Source: Eledone cirrhosa (taxonomy: Eukaryota). From it: a DNA stretch of 64,000 bases. This document shows, piece by piece, positions 44,162-60,368 of the stretch. Where the stretch lies: NCBI GenBank assembly GCA_964016885.1, contig OZ024746.1, positions 87,730,001-87,794,000 of the forward strand, given 5' to 3'. Both the position numbers and the translations under genes were made by a program. Below the pieces are notes generated by a model. It saw only the letters and a program-made list of their open reading frames with translations, had not been told where the DNA came from and did no database searches. Within the stretch, counting starts at the first letter, position 1; every line of letters begins with the position of its first letter.

Positions 44162-44205
<44 letters not shown>

Positions 44206-44279
44206 CGTATATACATGCATACATGCATACATACATACTTACATACTTTCGTACATGCATGGCATGCATAAACAAACAA

Positions 44280-44346
<67 letters not shown>

Positions 44347-44411
44347 CAAAGGGATATTTAATTTGTTGATCATTCAACAAATATAATTATAATAGATTCG
44401 AAGCATTCAAC

Positions 44412-44715
44412 AAGTTTTCTGGAGTAAAATATCAATGATATTAATAAATGGAGTCTGTATTTATAAAAATTTGGTACGTACTCATCAGATAAAATAATTT
44501 TTTGTTTTATAAATAGCGACATACCCAGGAATCAGAACTTAACGGAACTTGAACTGTTAAGGTCTTATTCCTGGGTGTGTCGCTATTTATAAAACAAACG
44601 TTGTATTTTATGTGATGAGATCGTACCAAAGTTTTGGTACCCTTCAATTATATATAATAGAATAAATATGGTTATATGAATATACTTTCCATGTATTAAT
44701 ATCATTGATGTAAAT
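44412..44715. mobile_element. Foldback element with decayed hammerhead copies in both arms
   Basis: Left arm about 44430-44545 is inverted relative to about 44555-44710. The plus-strand motif at 44604-44664 has a mutated core (GTGATGA, CAAT). The left copy has an internal deletion. Confidence 0.75.
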
Positions 44716-44732
44716 ATATATATATATATATA

Positions 44733-44997
<265 letters not shown>

Positions 44998-45074
44998 ATA
45001 CGTTTGAAGAATAGTCAGGAGGTAGCCAACACTCATATATGTATCTCTTACTATGTTAATTATATATATGTCGT

Positions 45075-45135
<61 letters not shown>

Positions 45136-45538
45136 TTTGTGTGTGTGTGTGTGTATGTTTTTGCATGTGTGATCGTCTGTACGTATTAATTCTATGTAGC
45201 CATTCGATTACATGTCATTCTATCCATCTATCCAACAATCTGTCAGTCTCTCTATCCACTCAGCTTTATGTATAATGCTGTCTAGTCACATATCTGCCCA
45301 GTTATTTATACATATACACTCGCTCTCATATGCTCTCTTAGTCACTCTCTTTTGCTTTCTCTATTTCTGTTCCTATATCTTCCTCTGACTCATTGATTTG
45401 TTCCATTCTATATAGGTTCCGATCGATTTCGACCTCTATGTGTCTGTTTTGGTCACGGTATATCTATTTATTTATTTATCTATCTATATTTTCTCATACT
45501 TTTTACTTATTCCTCCTTTTTTCCGCAATTCTTTTTCC

Positions 45539-45594
<56 letters not shown>

Positions 45595-45660
45595 CTTTCT
45601 CTTTCATTCTATATCTATCTATCTATTGCTTTCTGCACACACACACACACACACATACGC

Positions 45661-45745
<85 letters not shown>

Positions 45746-46674
45746 ATATATATATATATATATATATATACATGTGTGCGTATGTGTGTGTGTCCGTGTG
45801 TGCGTGTGTAAACATACATGCATGCTTACACACGTACACAAATAAAATGTCTGAGAGCTTAATACAAATGATCATAATTAAAATAATAATACCACTCAGA
45901 TGGCGACGAAATACCGGCTAATTGCATGCCAGAATTTAAAGTATAAATCTATGCAGCCTGTCTGAATCTATTCTGCCATGATCACTGTGGTATTGATATT
46001 ACCATACCGGAACAATCAGTTGGGAGCAAAAGAACTTAGAAATATGTTGTGCAACATCTAATCAACAACATGACGACGTGAGAGGTGTGATTGTATAAAA
46101 GAGACTTGGTTACATTCTAGATGGATGACAAGAAAACATACAATTATTTTTCACACTAGTAAATGCTAAAGAACTTTCGATTTGTTGAATTATATAGATG
46201 AATTCACCTACAAGAATTGATTGTTTTGTCTCAAAGAGATGAAAGTATCAAAGGAGTATACCTTATAGAGATATACTTTGTGATGCTGACTATATTTGCT
46301 GTGAAGTCCTAATCGTTTTTATATAGATATTCTCATAGGAAAGTGACCCGGGAAGACAAGATCACAAATATGTTAAGAATGTCATCTGTCAACTACATTT
46401 GAAATATATGTTTAGTATGAAACTGTTTGATACATTCTCAAATAATATTGGAACCGAATTTAAACAAGATACATGTTATAAAATGATTGTAAAACGAAAT
46501 AATATAATTCAATAGTATAATTCAATGTAGCAACACCTCTATCAATGGATTGATTATTTCTGCGATGGTGATGAGGAATGCTGCAGGTAACGATGAATGG
46601 AAATCTGTCCTGTGGTAACGCTTGAGGAAATAAATGTGCATGGCTTAGTGATTGAGGTTGGAATTTACGATCTT

Positions 46675-46858
46675 AATTGTTTCTACTTTTGGCACAAGAC
46701 CAGCAATTACCCAGTGCATTACTAGTACTTCATTCTATCGATCCCGTAAGGATGAAAGGCAAAGTTAACAACAGCGGGATTTGAACTCAGAATGGCAACG
46801 GCTGTAACTCTGTGCGTCAAAGCCTGGTGTCCGACCCTCTACCGATACTGCCAATCCA
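46675..46858 (-). mobile_element. Family-1 SINE
   Basis: Sequence match; probable TSD TACGATC.TAAT on both sides. Confidence 0.9.
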
Positions 46859-47799
46859 TCTACGATCATAATGGAAATATTTCTACGGTCCGTTCAATAC
46901 ACTTACAAAGGTAAATGCTTATGCAAACATCTGTAAATAATCAATTATCAATTATCAACATCATACATAATATCAACAATTCGCATTTCTTGAAGAAAAT
47001 ATGAAATAGAACTAAATTTACCAATTTCTAATGTTTTTCAACAATAAACATCACAACGAATCACTAACCGTAGAGCAAGCAATTACATTCAACATATTTT
47101 GTACATTGAGTTTTTTCACCGAGCAAAATTATAGGTTGAGATACTATTCTTACATCATTACTATTTACAATGCTATTAACTATATTTTCCTATACAATTA
47201 AAGTAATGTTTTTTGTGCAACTTGCAAGAGTGAAACTTATCCAATAGTCATCAGTAATTGCGGTTAGGCAAAAAGCGTTACTTATCAATTATTTATTTAT
47301 AATGGTATTATTAATTTTCATTATATATTTAGAATAAAATTATTTGTTAGATTTGCAGTGGACATTTTTTAGGAAGCACTAGCGAGCACGAACAGTCACG
47401 ATTTTACATAAACGAAGCACACGTGGATGTACAAATATATATATATATATATATATAATGTTAACATTAACATTAAATTTAGCTCTGTAACATACGTAGA
47501 GGACTCTTCACTCCTATGACTTTTTCAATTTTCAACGGAAACTTCAATATATACCTCGCAAGGACTCTATATCTTTGATATATTGTTTTTGTTTATGCCA
47601 CGAAACTACGTAGTCGAGGAATTTAGGAACAGTTTAGGTATGATACATTTTATTACTAATTATATCTAAATGTTTCTTCTCTCTTCATAATGTATATATA
47701 TATATCTTTTTTTTTTTTTTTTTAACCGATCGACTTTCGTCAAATCGGACCGAGGAAACAATGTTTCCGTCGGTCTTTCCAGTTGCTAGTACTATCTAT

Positions 47800-47936
47800 C
47801 GGTCGCAACTCCAGGTAGAAGGAACAGCGTGAAATAAAGTGTCTTGCCCAAGGACATAACGCATCGCCCGGTCCACGAATCGAACACCCAACCTCAAGAT
47901 TGTGAATCAAATTCTCTAACCACTCAGCCACACGCC

Positions 47937-47940
<4 letters not shown>
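47800..47940 (-). mobile_element. 5' part of a different tRNA-derived SINE
   Basis: Minus strand A box TGGCTGAGTGG, B box GTGTTCGATTC, then TGTCCTTGGGCAAGACACTTTATTTCAC. Confidence 0.8.
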
Positions 47941-48031
<91 letters not shown>

Positions 48032-48090
48032 GTGTATAGTGGTAGCTATGGAGCTTCCATAGTGATAAAATTTGCTCCGGATATAACACC

Positions 48091-48181
48091 CGTGTCTGAA
48101 AGAACCCGAAGAAGTAGAATCACCCAGATCCATACAAGGACCATGACACGAGCTACATGCCGGAGAAACATTTGTAACACG
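48091..48181 (+). ncRNA. Hammerhead-like motif with about 60-nt stem II insert and one extra core A
   Basis: CGTGT-CTGAAAGA-[61 nt]-GAAA-CATTTG-TA^ACACG followed at once by AATAAA. Confidence 0.6.
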
Positions 48182-48269
48182 AAATAAACTAAGTCCAGAT
48201 GCATCACTGATTTTTCGTTTTCTTTATAATATTTATATATATATATATATATATATAAATATAATATAT

Positions 48270-50080
48270 AATGAAATGACAGGAGGCTGGATTTGTGTAA
48301 ATCCTTGAAAGGTTTATTATACTATGATCATTTCAATGATCAGGTTCCGTATGAATCCGGTGATATCATCATTCGAAATATAATAAGTGAATGTAATAGA
48401 TGAAATCCATGGGGCTGAAAATCAAAGACCCGAGGGCGACCGCCATCCAGCATCTTCTACCTTTGATATCGCCCTCGAGTGACGTGGCTAAAGCTTACAG
48501 TGTGCTACTACCGGTCAAATAAAGGAAAATAGAAAGGGATAGGAACATAAATTAGCGTTAATATCATGCCACAAGAAAAAAGAAAGAAAGAAAGAAGAGA
48601 GAAGAAGGGGGAAGGAAGAAGAAGAGAAGCCAGGGTTAGTGTCAGCTATAAGAAGAAAGAGGAGGAAAGGTCGGTATTACAGTCAGGCCAGGAATGTCGC
48701 GATTTTTTTTTTATTCTAAGGGACCCGTAACTTAACAACTACTACCGGTCTAATATAGGCAAACAAAAAGGGGAAGGAAGATAAGTCAGCGGGAGGAAGA
48801 CATTAAGAAGGGAGAAGAGAAGGAAGAAAAGGAAGAAGAAAAGTCAGGGTTGATGGCTACAAGAAGAAATATAGAAAGAAAGTGGAGGAAAGGGCGATAT
48901 TAATGTCAGACTACAGTCAGGCCAGGAATGGCGCGAAACAAATGTTCAAAGGGACCCGTATCTTAACAGAGGTAAATATAGTGGGGGTCAGTGTGTTTTA
49001 ATGTGTGAGCAGAAGATTGTAACGTTACATTTTTGTTTAGACTTAGAGGATGAAGTTAAAAAATTAATATTTAATATTAACATTATAAAAGTAAAGAAAT
49101 TAGAAAATTTAAAGTTAAACAGTTTAACATGTTTAAGGTTGCGAGGTTTAAGCAAAGAAAGAATCTTTTATGAAGACACATTTTATTATAGAGTAAAGAT
49201 TATGTCTTTGTTTAGCCGTCAAACAGCATGCGGCGACTACAAGCTTGGGCGGCCCATTGCTCCGAGTGATATCGCCTCGCGAAAGATATGGAAATCGATT
49301 TTTCCGAGCACTCTAGGAATGTATAACAGGCTTCAGTTGCGCCAGCAGGGAGTCAGCCCGCATCGTTAGGCCATTCTTGTACAAAACCAGTACTATTCCT
49401 TTACCCAGGAGGGGGTTTGCTTAAGTAGAGGGAGGCGTGATATATCTAATAGTTCTTATTTGGTCTGTTATTTAAAGGTACTATATGGCGGTTAAAAAAC
49501 CGGCTGCGCGCCGGGCCCCGAATCAAGCCACTCCGAGTAGTTTCATTTACCGAAAGAAGGGGAAATTTATTTTTCCAAGCACTCATGGTAGGCCTATGCG
49601 CCAGGGGGCCGGTCCCTCCGCCAGGAAAACCAACCCAACAGTCCGACAGAAAGTTGGAACCTTAAAATATGTTTAAATTATAGGATGAAGTTGAAAGAAT
49701 TCAGAATAACATTATAAAATTAAAGAGTAAGAAGATTGAGAATTGAACAAACAGAAAATTGAAAATTAAACATTTAAAAAATGTTTTTAAGGTTCTGGGT
49801 TGCGGGGTTTAGTTAAAGAGAGTCTTTTATGAAGAAACGTTAATTATATTATGTAGATCTTCTATAAGTTATGCTAGTGGGATGTAGAGTAAGGGATATA
49901 GTCGGGTAATATTTATGTTTGTTCTCAGGGGGAGACATTCTTGTGTCGTGTGCTAATGGGTACAAGTGAGCAAAAGTCCCAATAATTAAACCCGCAACCC
50001 AAAACCTTAAAAAAGTTTTTTAAATGTTTAATTTTCAATTTTCTGTTTGTTCAATTCTCAATCTTCTTACTCTTTAATTA
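48270..50080 (-). mobile_element. PLE-like 3' region with internal duplications and a short inverted 5' arm
   Basis: 49986-50080 is inverted relative to 49717-49812. Duplications at about 48560-48745/48790-48968 and 49060-49180/49680-49840. HHR relic near the 3' end. Confidence 0.6.
48314..48386 (-). ncRNA. Degenerate hammerhead relic
   Basis: TTATTATAT-[TTCGAATGA, corrupted core]-long stem-GAAA-TGATCA-TA^GTATAATAA. 9-bp stem I and palindromic stem III intact. Confidence 0.5.
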
Positions 50081-53028
50081 CAACTATTATCTTTTATATC
50101 GTCTGGGCTACTGTTGTTTTTTTTAAGTTTTTGGGAATGTGATTAAGAATGTGATAATTATGATGGGTGATGGTGTATTTTCTCTGAGATGTCAATTTTT
50201 CTCTCCTGTGAATGTTGATAATACGGTCTTTGTTGTTATTTATCTTGTTATCCTTATCGTATGAGATACATCGTTTAACGATGCGCATTTTTTCTATTTT
50301 TTGTTTTTCTACATTACACCAGCTCAAGCAAACAAATAATTACATATATTCCTGAATTCACGAAATATCCGTTGCTATAGCCATGATTTAGGTGATTCTT
50401 TGACATATGAATCCAGTTTGCTAATGCTGTGTGGAACTTGGTTGATATCTGTACCAGGATTTGCAAATTCGTCTAAGCTACTGTAAGGATGTTGAGGTCC
50501 TTTGTTTTTCTTTAATCCCTATCCACTTCTAATACACACTTATTTTAGGGAATATGACGCTTGGACTTAACTTCATGAATTATATCATATACTTGACTAC
50601 ATATTGAAGATAAAAATAATTAATAAATTATATAAATGAAATACGATGATAAAATAACCGAAGCAATTACATGCTCTAAATGAGATGAATAAAGAGTTAA
50701 TAAAAGTAATCAAAATGTAATCAAAATGATATGGTTATGAAATTTCCGATAAAAATATTAAAATGAAAGAACTTATTGAGCCTGAATTTATAATTTTGAA
50801 TGTCACGTATGCAGAAATCAAATAACGTGAATGTTTATTCCACAAATTAGCTATTCTGGAGAAAATATATCTGGATGAAACATACAACGTGTCGTTGAAA
50901 TATCCAGAAAACATGTCATTTGTTAAAATTTCCAAGCCAATTTCTAATAGGAAATTCTAGGATTGGTGTGATCAGAGAAAGTTAATCATCTGAATTACTT
51001 TCTTGGAAATAATGGTAGAAATTCATACACTTGCTACATTCAAGCTGGGGTGAGAAGAATTGTCCATCATTAAATGATTAAGCTGACATCTCATCAAAAA
51101 ATTCCATTGATGGTATTTCAATTGTTTTCCTAGATACAATGAATACGACATTGGTCGTTATGTTACTTCAGGCACGTTGGTATTGATAACATTGTTGATT
51201 GATACAGGTAAATCTTTATGTAATCGCTGTCAAGGTTCATGCCAAGTGGATGTATTGGATTCGATTGAACTGATTTAGTAATGTGTACGAGAATATAACA
51301 CTGCACAGTTAGGAAAAATGCATAGAATATGGACAGGAAACGATAAAAGTAAGTTAGAAATTCTAGTGGTAATTATGAATTGTTTTTATTGTCTTTTTAA
51401 ATTATCTGTCTTTGACTTAGCTATGTATTTTGAAAAGTTGTATTATTTTGATTTGTTCCAGTTCAGAGTTAGAAGCATGGTAAAAACACTGCAGCGTTGC
51501 ATTTCCTATTCGGCCAACTAGATCGCCGGATTCAAAACTAAGCAGAGTTAATCGAATATGATAGTGACCTCTGTTGTGGTTTTACTATATTTCTGTATGC
51601 ATAAACATGCAATGGATATTTGTCCCTCGAATAATTTTTTCCTAAGAGAATGGTATCTTGTGGATCTGTATGTCGCTAAGAAATATCCTTATTTGATACG
51701 TGAGATCTATATGAATTGTAAATCACGAACATAAAACGAACGTAGCTAAACAGATGAGACGACTGCAATGTTTGATGTTGTATAATGCAAGGGATTGTGT
51801 TCTGGAAGCCTCTTTCAGGAAAGACCCTTATATGGGTGTTAATGCTCCCCATGTGAGTAAATGAAACACACAAATCAGATCCTGTAATTCTACCCAAAAT
51901 ATTAATTAGTACCTAATATACTGAACTTCTAGTAGTTGCAGAAATGTCCACTTCGAAGGACCTTTGACCCAATATTACAAAGCAAGGGATGACTTGAAAG
52001 TCTTATTAACATAATTACAATTCCTCTGCCGACAACAATTAACTGCACCGAATATATTGTGTCATTTTCTGAATCTGAAACTCCAGCAAGAGATTGTTTT
52101 TATCTCTGTCACGAACGTCATAACACGAGTGACCTTGGACAGCAAGTTAAATGTTTGTACTGCCCTGAGGTCGGTAGCTTATAGCGTCGGAATATGTTAC
52201 TACATCATAACAAGAAAATATAATTAATGAATATTATTATATCGGTATATCAAGTATATGAGGGTAACTATGAATGTAAATTGAATGAAAACACAACTGT
52301 CATTTGTTGCCTATACGCGAGTCAAAATTGGATATAATTAACTTGTTTTTCTTTACGTTCACGCGATCATTTAAGCTAACATTATGGAGATTTTTAGTAG
52401 TAGACAGGCTTTGTCACAAGATTTGATTATAGGTTATAAGGAAAATAACTGAGAAATACATAAGATCCACATATACAACGATACTAGAAGATTAATTGAC
52501 CAATTAATCTACTTCGTTTAACTTACCTTACATTTAAGGATCAATATCCTCTTTCATTTTGTCTTTGTCCTTTCTTTTCTACTTGTTGTTATTTTCGTTG
52601 TATATGTATGTGGAATCATCTAAGATACACATAAAGCTGATTGATTGTCCGTATAATCTAATACAGTACTTCATTATCTCTGTGTAGTTTGTTTGTCCAT
52701 CGTTTGCTTTTTGCATTCGTTTAGGTTTGGTTTCTATCGACACAAATTGCGTAACTGATATTTACAATTTCTAAGGAGAATTCATTATTGTAAAATATAA
52801 TATCCTAACGATATATATTCCACAATCAAAGGGAACGTAACTAAATCAATCAATCAAACAGTGTGTAAAGTTTCTATTAAACAGAGATATAACAAAAGTG
52901 AGTAACACACAGACACACACATACACACATATATATAAGCACACTTTGTGTGCACATATGGTATTTGATTATATTTGTATAGATATACACATATTTGTGT
53001 ATATATATATATACACATATGTACTCAA

Positions 53029-54815
<1,787 letters not shown>

Positions 54816-54946
54816 ATACTATGGGAGGGTCATGTTGCCAATAAGAAACACACGCACCAGTTGCTTTCACTTCAATTTAATTTATTAAATATTTATAAAT
54901 TTCTGGTTGGTTGGTTCCACAACCAGATAGTTGTTTATATATATAT

Positions 54947-54991
54947 AGTCATAGTTCTTTCGTCACACACTCTGTTGTCTCTTCAGTGACT
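54947..54991 (-). ncRNA. Minimal hammerhead, left arm (weaker stem II)
   Basis: AGTCA-CTGAAGA-GACAACAGAGTGTGTGAC-GAAA-GAAC-TA^TGACT. Confidence 0.65.
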
Positions 54992-55112
54992 GGGGATTTC
55001 TTTCTTCGTTTCTGTGCCTTTCCTTTCTTCTATCCTACGCCATTTTGTTTGTCAAACAAAATGGCGTAGGATAGAAGAAAGGAAAGGCACAGAAACGAAG
55101 AAAGAAATCCCC

Positions 55113-55157
55113 AGTCACTGAAGAGGTCACAGAGTGTGTGACGAAAGAACTATGACT
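55113..55157 (+). ncRNA. Minimal type-I hammerhead, right arm
   Basis: AGTCA-CTGAAGA-G-GTCACA(GAGTG)TGTGAC-GAAA-GAAC-TA^TGACT. Confidence 0.75.
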
Positions 55158-55399
55158 ATATATATAAACAACTATCTGGTTGTGGAACCAACCAACCAAC
55201 CAGAAATTTATAAATTTGTAAATTTATAAATATTTAATAAATTAAATTGAAGTGAAAGCAACTGGTGCGTGTGTTTCTTATTGGCAACATGACCCTCCCA
55301 AAGTATAACAATATCGGTTTCAACACACGATTTCAGATAAAGAATCTTGCTAAACAAATTCAGAAACGAAATATATATATATATATATATATATGTATA

Positions 55400-55730
55400 C
55401 CATGAAAGATGGGTGATAGAAGCAAGAATGGCCCGAGTAAATGGGCCTACCCTGAGTCTGTGCCTGTAAATTGTAGATGGATAACTGGGAGAGGGCACTT
55501 GCCCTGGTGGTCAGGGTCACCGTGTCTTTTTAATGGGCCTTCTCCACGAATGTCCCTCGGAAGTCTACCCCCTATTGTTGAATTTTTCATTGTTTCTTTT
55601 TCGTTACATCCTTTCTTTTTTTTCTCCTTTTTTTTTACACGCAGAAATCCCTCTTTTTTACCGTCCTGTATTGTCCTCTATTATCCTTAATGTCTTACTT
55701 TGTGTAAACCCTTGTGGTTAATAAAGAAAG
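55400..55730 (+). mobile_element. Probable L1/Tx1-like LINE 3' end
   Basis: ERWVIEARMARVNGPTLSLCL* then a pyrimidine-rich UTR ending CCCTTGTGGTTAATAAAGAAA. Confidence 0.5.
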
Positions 55731-55843
55731 CATGTTACTTTGACAACATGTCCCCTTCTCGCTTTATTCATGGTGACAACTTCTGAAAATTCGAATGTTC
55801 ATCTGCTGTTGCGCAGCTGCAACTTCGATTATACCTATTATTA

Positions 55844-55884
<41 letters not shown>

Positions 55885-57288
55885 ATTATTATTATTATTA
55901 CACACACACACACACACACGCATACACCCCCCCCCCACACACACTCACATACTAACATATGCACACACACGCGTTCATGCATTTGAATATTCCTTTATCT
56001 TTACGATGAGTTGCGTGTGGAAAGAGACCTTAGTTCAAGGTTACTGTTTAGGGGCTATTGAAATACTTCTTTGAAATGTATTGAAGTGACTGGAATGAGT
56101 TAGGAAAGAAATGCTTTCCTTTCAAAGCGATAAGTAAAGTAGTAAAAGATTGTGGGGAATCTTTCTTAATTGGTCGGATTTTCTATAAGCTAGTTGCAGT
56201 AAAAAAGAAGTAACATGGACAATGATTGGAGTGGATTGCGTTATCTTGGTTTGCAGTTATGTCCTCGTAAATATCTTTGCTATGCTTCTCTCAATATCAT
56301 CAGCGATGCAATAACGTCAAACAACACATTGTCCACAGTGTGCACATGAAAATAGATTGCCTAACATGCGTTCATGTTTGTAAGTCTTTACACCTGATGA
56401 CAGGATTGCAGAAGGATCGACGCATACGCTTATTTCTTTGTAAATGCGCCAAACGGCGTGAAGTCTAACGGTATTAAAATCTGAGTGACAAACGCTCCAT
56501 TCGTGTATGGATACGCTGTGTGTGCGCGTGTATGTGTGTGTGCTTGCATGTGTGTGTGTGTGCGTATACGTGGGTGCATCCGTGTATGTATGTTTGTGTG
56601 TGTGTGATAATGTGTTTGTCTGTGTCTATGTTTGCGTGTGTATATATATATATATGTGTGTGTGTGTATGTTTGTGTGTGCGTGTATGTGTGTGTGTCTA
56701 TGTTTGTGTAGGTGTGTGTATATATATATATATGTGTATGTGCATCTATGTGCGTGCGCGCGTGTGTGGGCATGCATGTGTGTTTGTGCGTGCATGTATG
56801 TGTGTGTGTGTGTGTGCATGTGTGTGCGTGCATGTTTGTATGTGTGTGCTTGCGTTTGCATGTGTTTGTGTGTGTGTACTAATATGTGTATGTGTGTATG
56901 AATATATAATTTGACTAGATTAAATGTGTAAGCAAATAATATTTACTTTCGATATTCTTTGACATGATGACACAGCACTCCACATATTCATTAAGTAATC
57001 TTGTTCTATATGAGGGCAATAATATTCAAGGATATGTATGTGAATCACATTCTTAACCCTTTTCCACTTCAATCTACCATTGCCGGCACAGTTGTTTTGT
57101 TTTTATGTCAGTGTGGATTGCCAAGCAGGAATGCTGATTCCCATTTGCATGCATGCTATCCAGAGTAAGTATAAACAATAAGAATCCTTTCTCTGAAACT
57201 TTCATTCGTAGGAAAATAGGATGTTACATACACAATCTAAAAAAAACTCTCTTCAATTATATATGGCATGAACGATATATATCATAAT

Positions 57289-57853
57289 ATAATTGTTTCT
57301 ATTTTAGGCACAAGGCCGGCAATCAACCAGTACATTACTGGTACTTAATTTTATCGAGCGCGTAAGGATGAAAGGCAAATTAACCTTGGCGGGATTTGAA
57401 CTTAGATCATAAAGGGATGTAACTCTATGCTTCAAAGCATGGTGTCCGATATATATCATAATATATTAAAGGGAGAATAGCGGAACTGTGTCCTGAATAT
57501 ATTATTTTAGTAAAATTAGTTGGATTATTTGACTAAATAATTGTTTCTGTTTTAGGCACAAGGCCAGCAAATACCCAGTACATTACTGGTACTTTATTTT
57601 ATCGACCCTGTAAGGATGCAAGGCAAATTTAACCTCTGCGGGATTTGAACTCAGATCAGAAAGGGATGTAACCAAAGCATGGTGTCCGACTCTCTACCGA
57701 TACTGCCAAATCCACCGCCTTTTATTATTTGACTAAATAATTGTTTCTACTTTTGGCACAAGGCCAGCAATTACCCAGTATATTACTGGTACTTTATTTT
57801 ATCGACCCCGTAAGGATGAAAGGCAAAGTCAACCTCGGCGATATTTGAACTCA
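57289..57853 (-). mobile_element. Cluster of three family-1 SINEs with clear TSDs
   Basis: TSD CGATATATATCATAATATA (57273, 57447). ATTATTTGACTAAATAA three times (57524, 57724, 57878). Confidence 0.92.
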
Positions 57854-60173
57854 ATTTGAACTATGTAGTATTCATTCATTATTTGACTAAATAATGATTG
57901 AATACTACATAGTTCATGTACTAAACTCCGGAGTTGTTGATTAAACATAACTATTATTGTATATATATGAGAATCGTCATCAGCTACGAAATTGCTTATT
58001 TTAAGATTCACTTCTTTTAAAATATTCAAATGCCAATACTTCCGGTTATGATATAACAGGCGATGTATCACGTATCACTTATATAAACGTTCATACATTT
58101 GCATCATTATATCATAACATTTATATTTACGTCGCTAATGTTCTCCTTTTTCGTTTTCGTTACATTTCACCGTAATACATATATAATATATATAATATCA
58201 TCTTTTTTTTTAAATGTATCATGAGTTACTCTACTGATTATAGAAAACAGTTTAACATTGTCTCACTTCCATTTATGTGCATATTGTCAATTACAATTTT
58301 ATTTGACGTATATCTACATGCATATATATTTGCGTATAATATCAATAGGCACACTATACATGCTAGCAGAAAACAACTCGAAGGGTTGTTTTTCTACTAG
58401 TGTTTATAATCGGTTAAGAATGTTTACATATATCTAAACAGAACTATACGAAATTAAGCTTAAATAGTTACAAGCGTCTTATTTAATTGTGTTTTACTTT
58501 GTTGCAGATTTCATTTGTTTTAATTCCACTAGATTAGTGAAAATAAGTTGAAGTTTATCACGCTCAATGTTATATAAAATTAAGAGGTGACTGCCAAAAC
58601 AGGATAATTTCCTTTTACAATTGTGCTATTTGTCGTGACAGCCTGTTTTTTGTTTCTCAATATGCTCTCCTCCTACTTCTATTTCCTTACATTTTTAGAC
58701 GATTCATCAAATAATATTTCTGTCCTATTTGTTTTTAGTTAAATTCTTCCAAATGTTCTATATCTAATGGAATCATCTTAGATTACTCTCCGTGTCATAT
58801 GCTTTAATTTCATAAAACTTTTATTCTGATGTTTTAATTTGAATTGATATGTTGTTTTTTTTTAAATTAGTACAAATCAATTAAATTCTCGGAGAGACGT
58901 ACAAGTAATGGAAACTACCCTCGTATATGATTCATACTTTCTATTGTTATTTTGTATCAGCGTTTTATAAGAACGTTTTTGTAAGTCGCGATTGTTGAGT
59001 TAGCTTGCGGTGACATTTACCTAAATATTGTGTTACCATTTTGTTCTCCTTATATTCTTTGGTAGTATGGATTCTAGATTTGTTTTAATTCGCGGAGCAC
59101 AATTCATATAATGTGAAATTCTATTGTAATATTTGACATCAGTATTTCGTTACTAAAAGCTTCGAAAACTATTCTATTCATTCTTTGTAAAGCTTCCAAT
59201 GGACATCTTTCTCCCAGTTTTTAAATAGCCATATCTATCCCATAAGAAAGCGTGTTCACATTTCCTATGGTGAGACATGTTAGATTTAAGTAATTCTATA
59301 TAATAAAACCACCTATCTTTGACAACCTGTACTAGAAAATGTTTCATTGTGCTCGCAATATGATCGCTGGTTAATTCCTGGTACTAGTAAATGTTTGCAC
59401 TAATGGTACTAATTAATTAGGTACTAACATGTATTTCATTGTCAGGTAGCTTTATAAGCTGAGTATTTTTTCTTGGAAATGATTAGTATTCTGTCAATTG
59501 GTATGATGTATACCCGCTTTAACTGTCTGATTACATTATATACCTGAATATTAGCTGTCTAGTTGTATTTGTTGTTGTTGTTTGTTTATATCTGTGATGT
59601 TTCATAAATGAAAGTTGTAGCACATACTTTCATGTCTATTGTCTCATTCACATTAATTGAATCTTTGAAATTTGATACTTCTATAAAACTGAATGGCTAT
59701 CATTTTTTTCTGTACAATATAAATTGTGTATTGGTAGGAACTATAAACATATTTCGATTGTCGTTTGCATTTTTAAAATGTTTGATACAAACATTACTTT
59801 CAGTGCGAAACCATTTTGAATGACCACATATTTTCCTGAGTTTTTACTTACCGTTTGTCGTTATAGACAAGTTGAATAAATAGGAAGCTATAGAATCCGA
59901 GTAAGCGGCCAAGTAAATACAAAATGTTTGCATATGGAATGATTTATTTGTTAAAAAGTCATTGTTAAAAAAGACATTGATTTCCGACATCGGATTCTAC
60001 TCCGAACTGTAGACCTCTCCTTCTTCGGTTAGCACATAGGTTTATTTATTTCAGTATTTGAAGTTTCAAGTTGTAAAAGATAAATATCTTGTTTATATTA
60101 AATGTGTAAATGGTATCATAGAAACTTGAGGCATATTTCTTTTTTATGTGGGTTATACCACATTCTCTCTCTT

Positions 60174-60261
<88 letters not shown>

Positions 60262-60331
60262 ATATATATATATAAATAGGATATCTAAAAAAATGTACGC
60301 ACACGCACACTCACACACATACACACACACT

Positions 60332-60368
<37 letters not shown>

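Noticed and set aside
47550-47622. GAAA-CTACGTAG-TC-GAGG with upstream CCTC, resembling the 3' half of a hammerhead
   Set aside because: The core reads GCAAGGA rather than CTGANGA and stem II does not pair; at best a relic.
58900-59400. Possible Jockey-like LINE C-terminal remnant (LSYGID, LEALQR) on the minus strand
   Set aside because: Too decayed to call with confidence.
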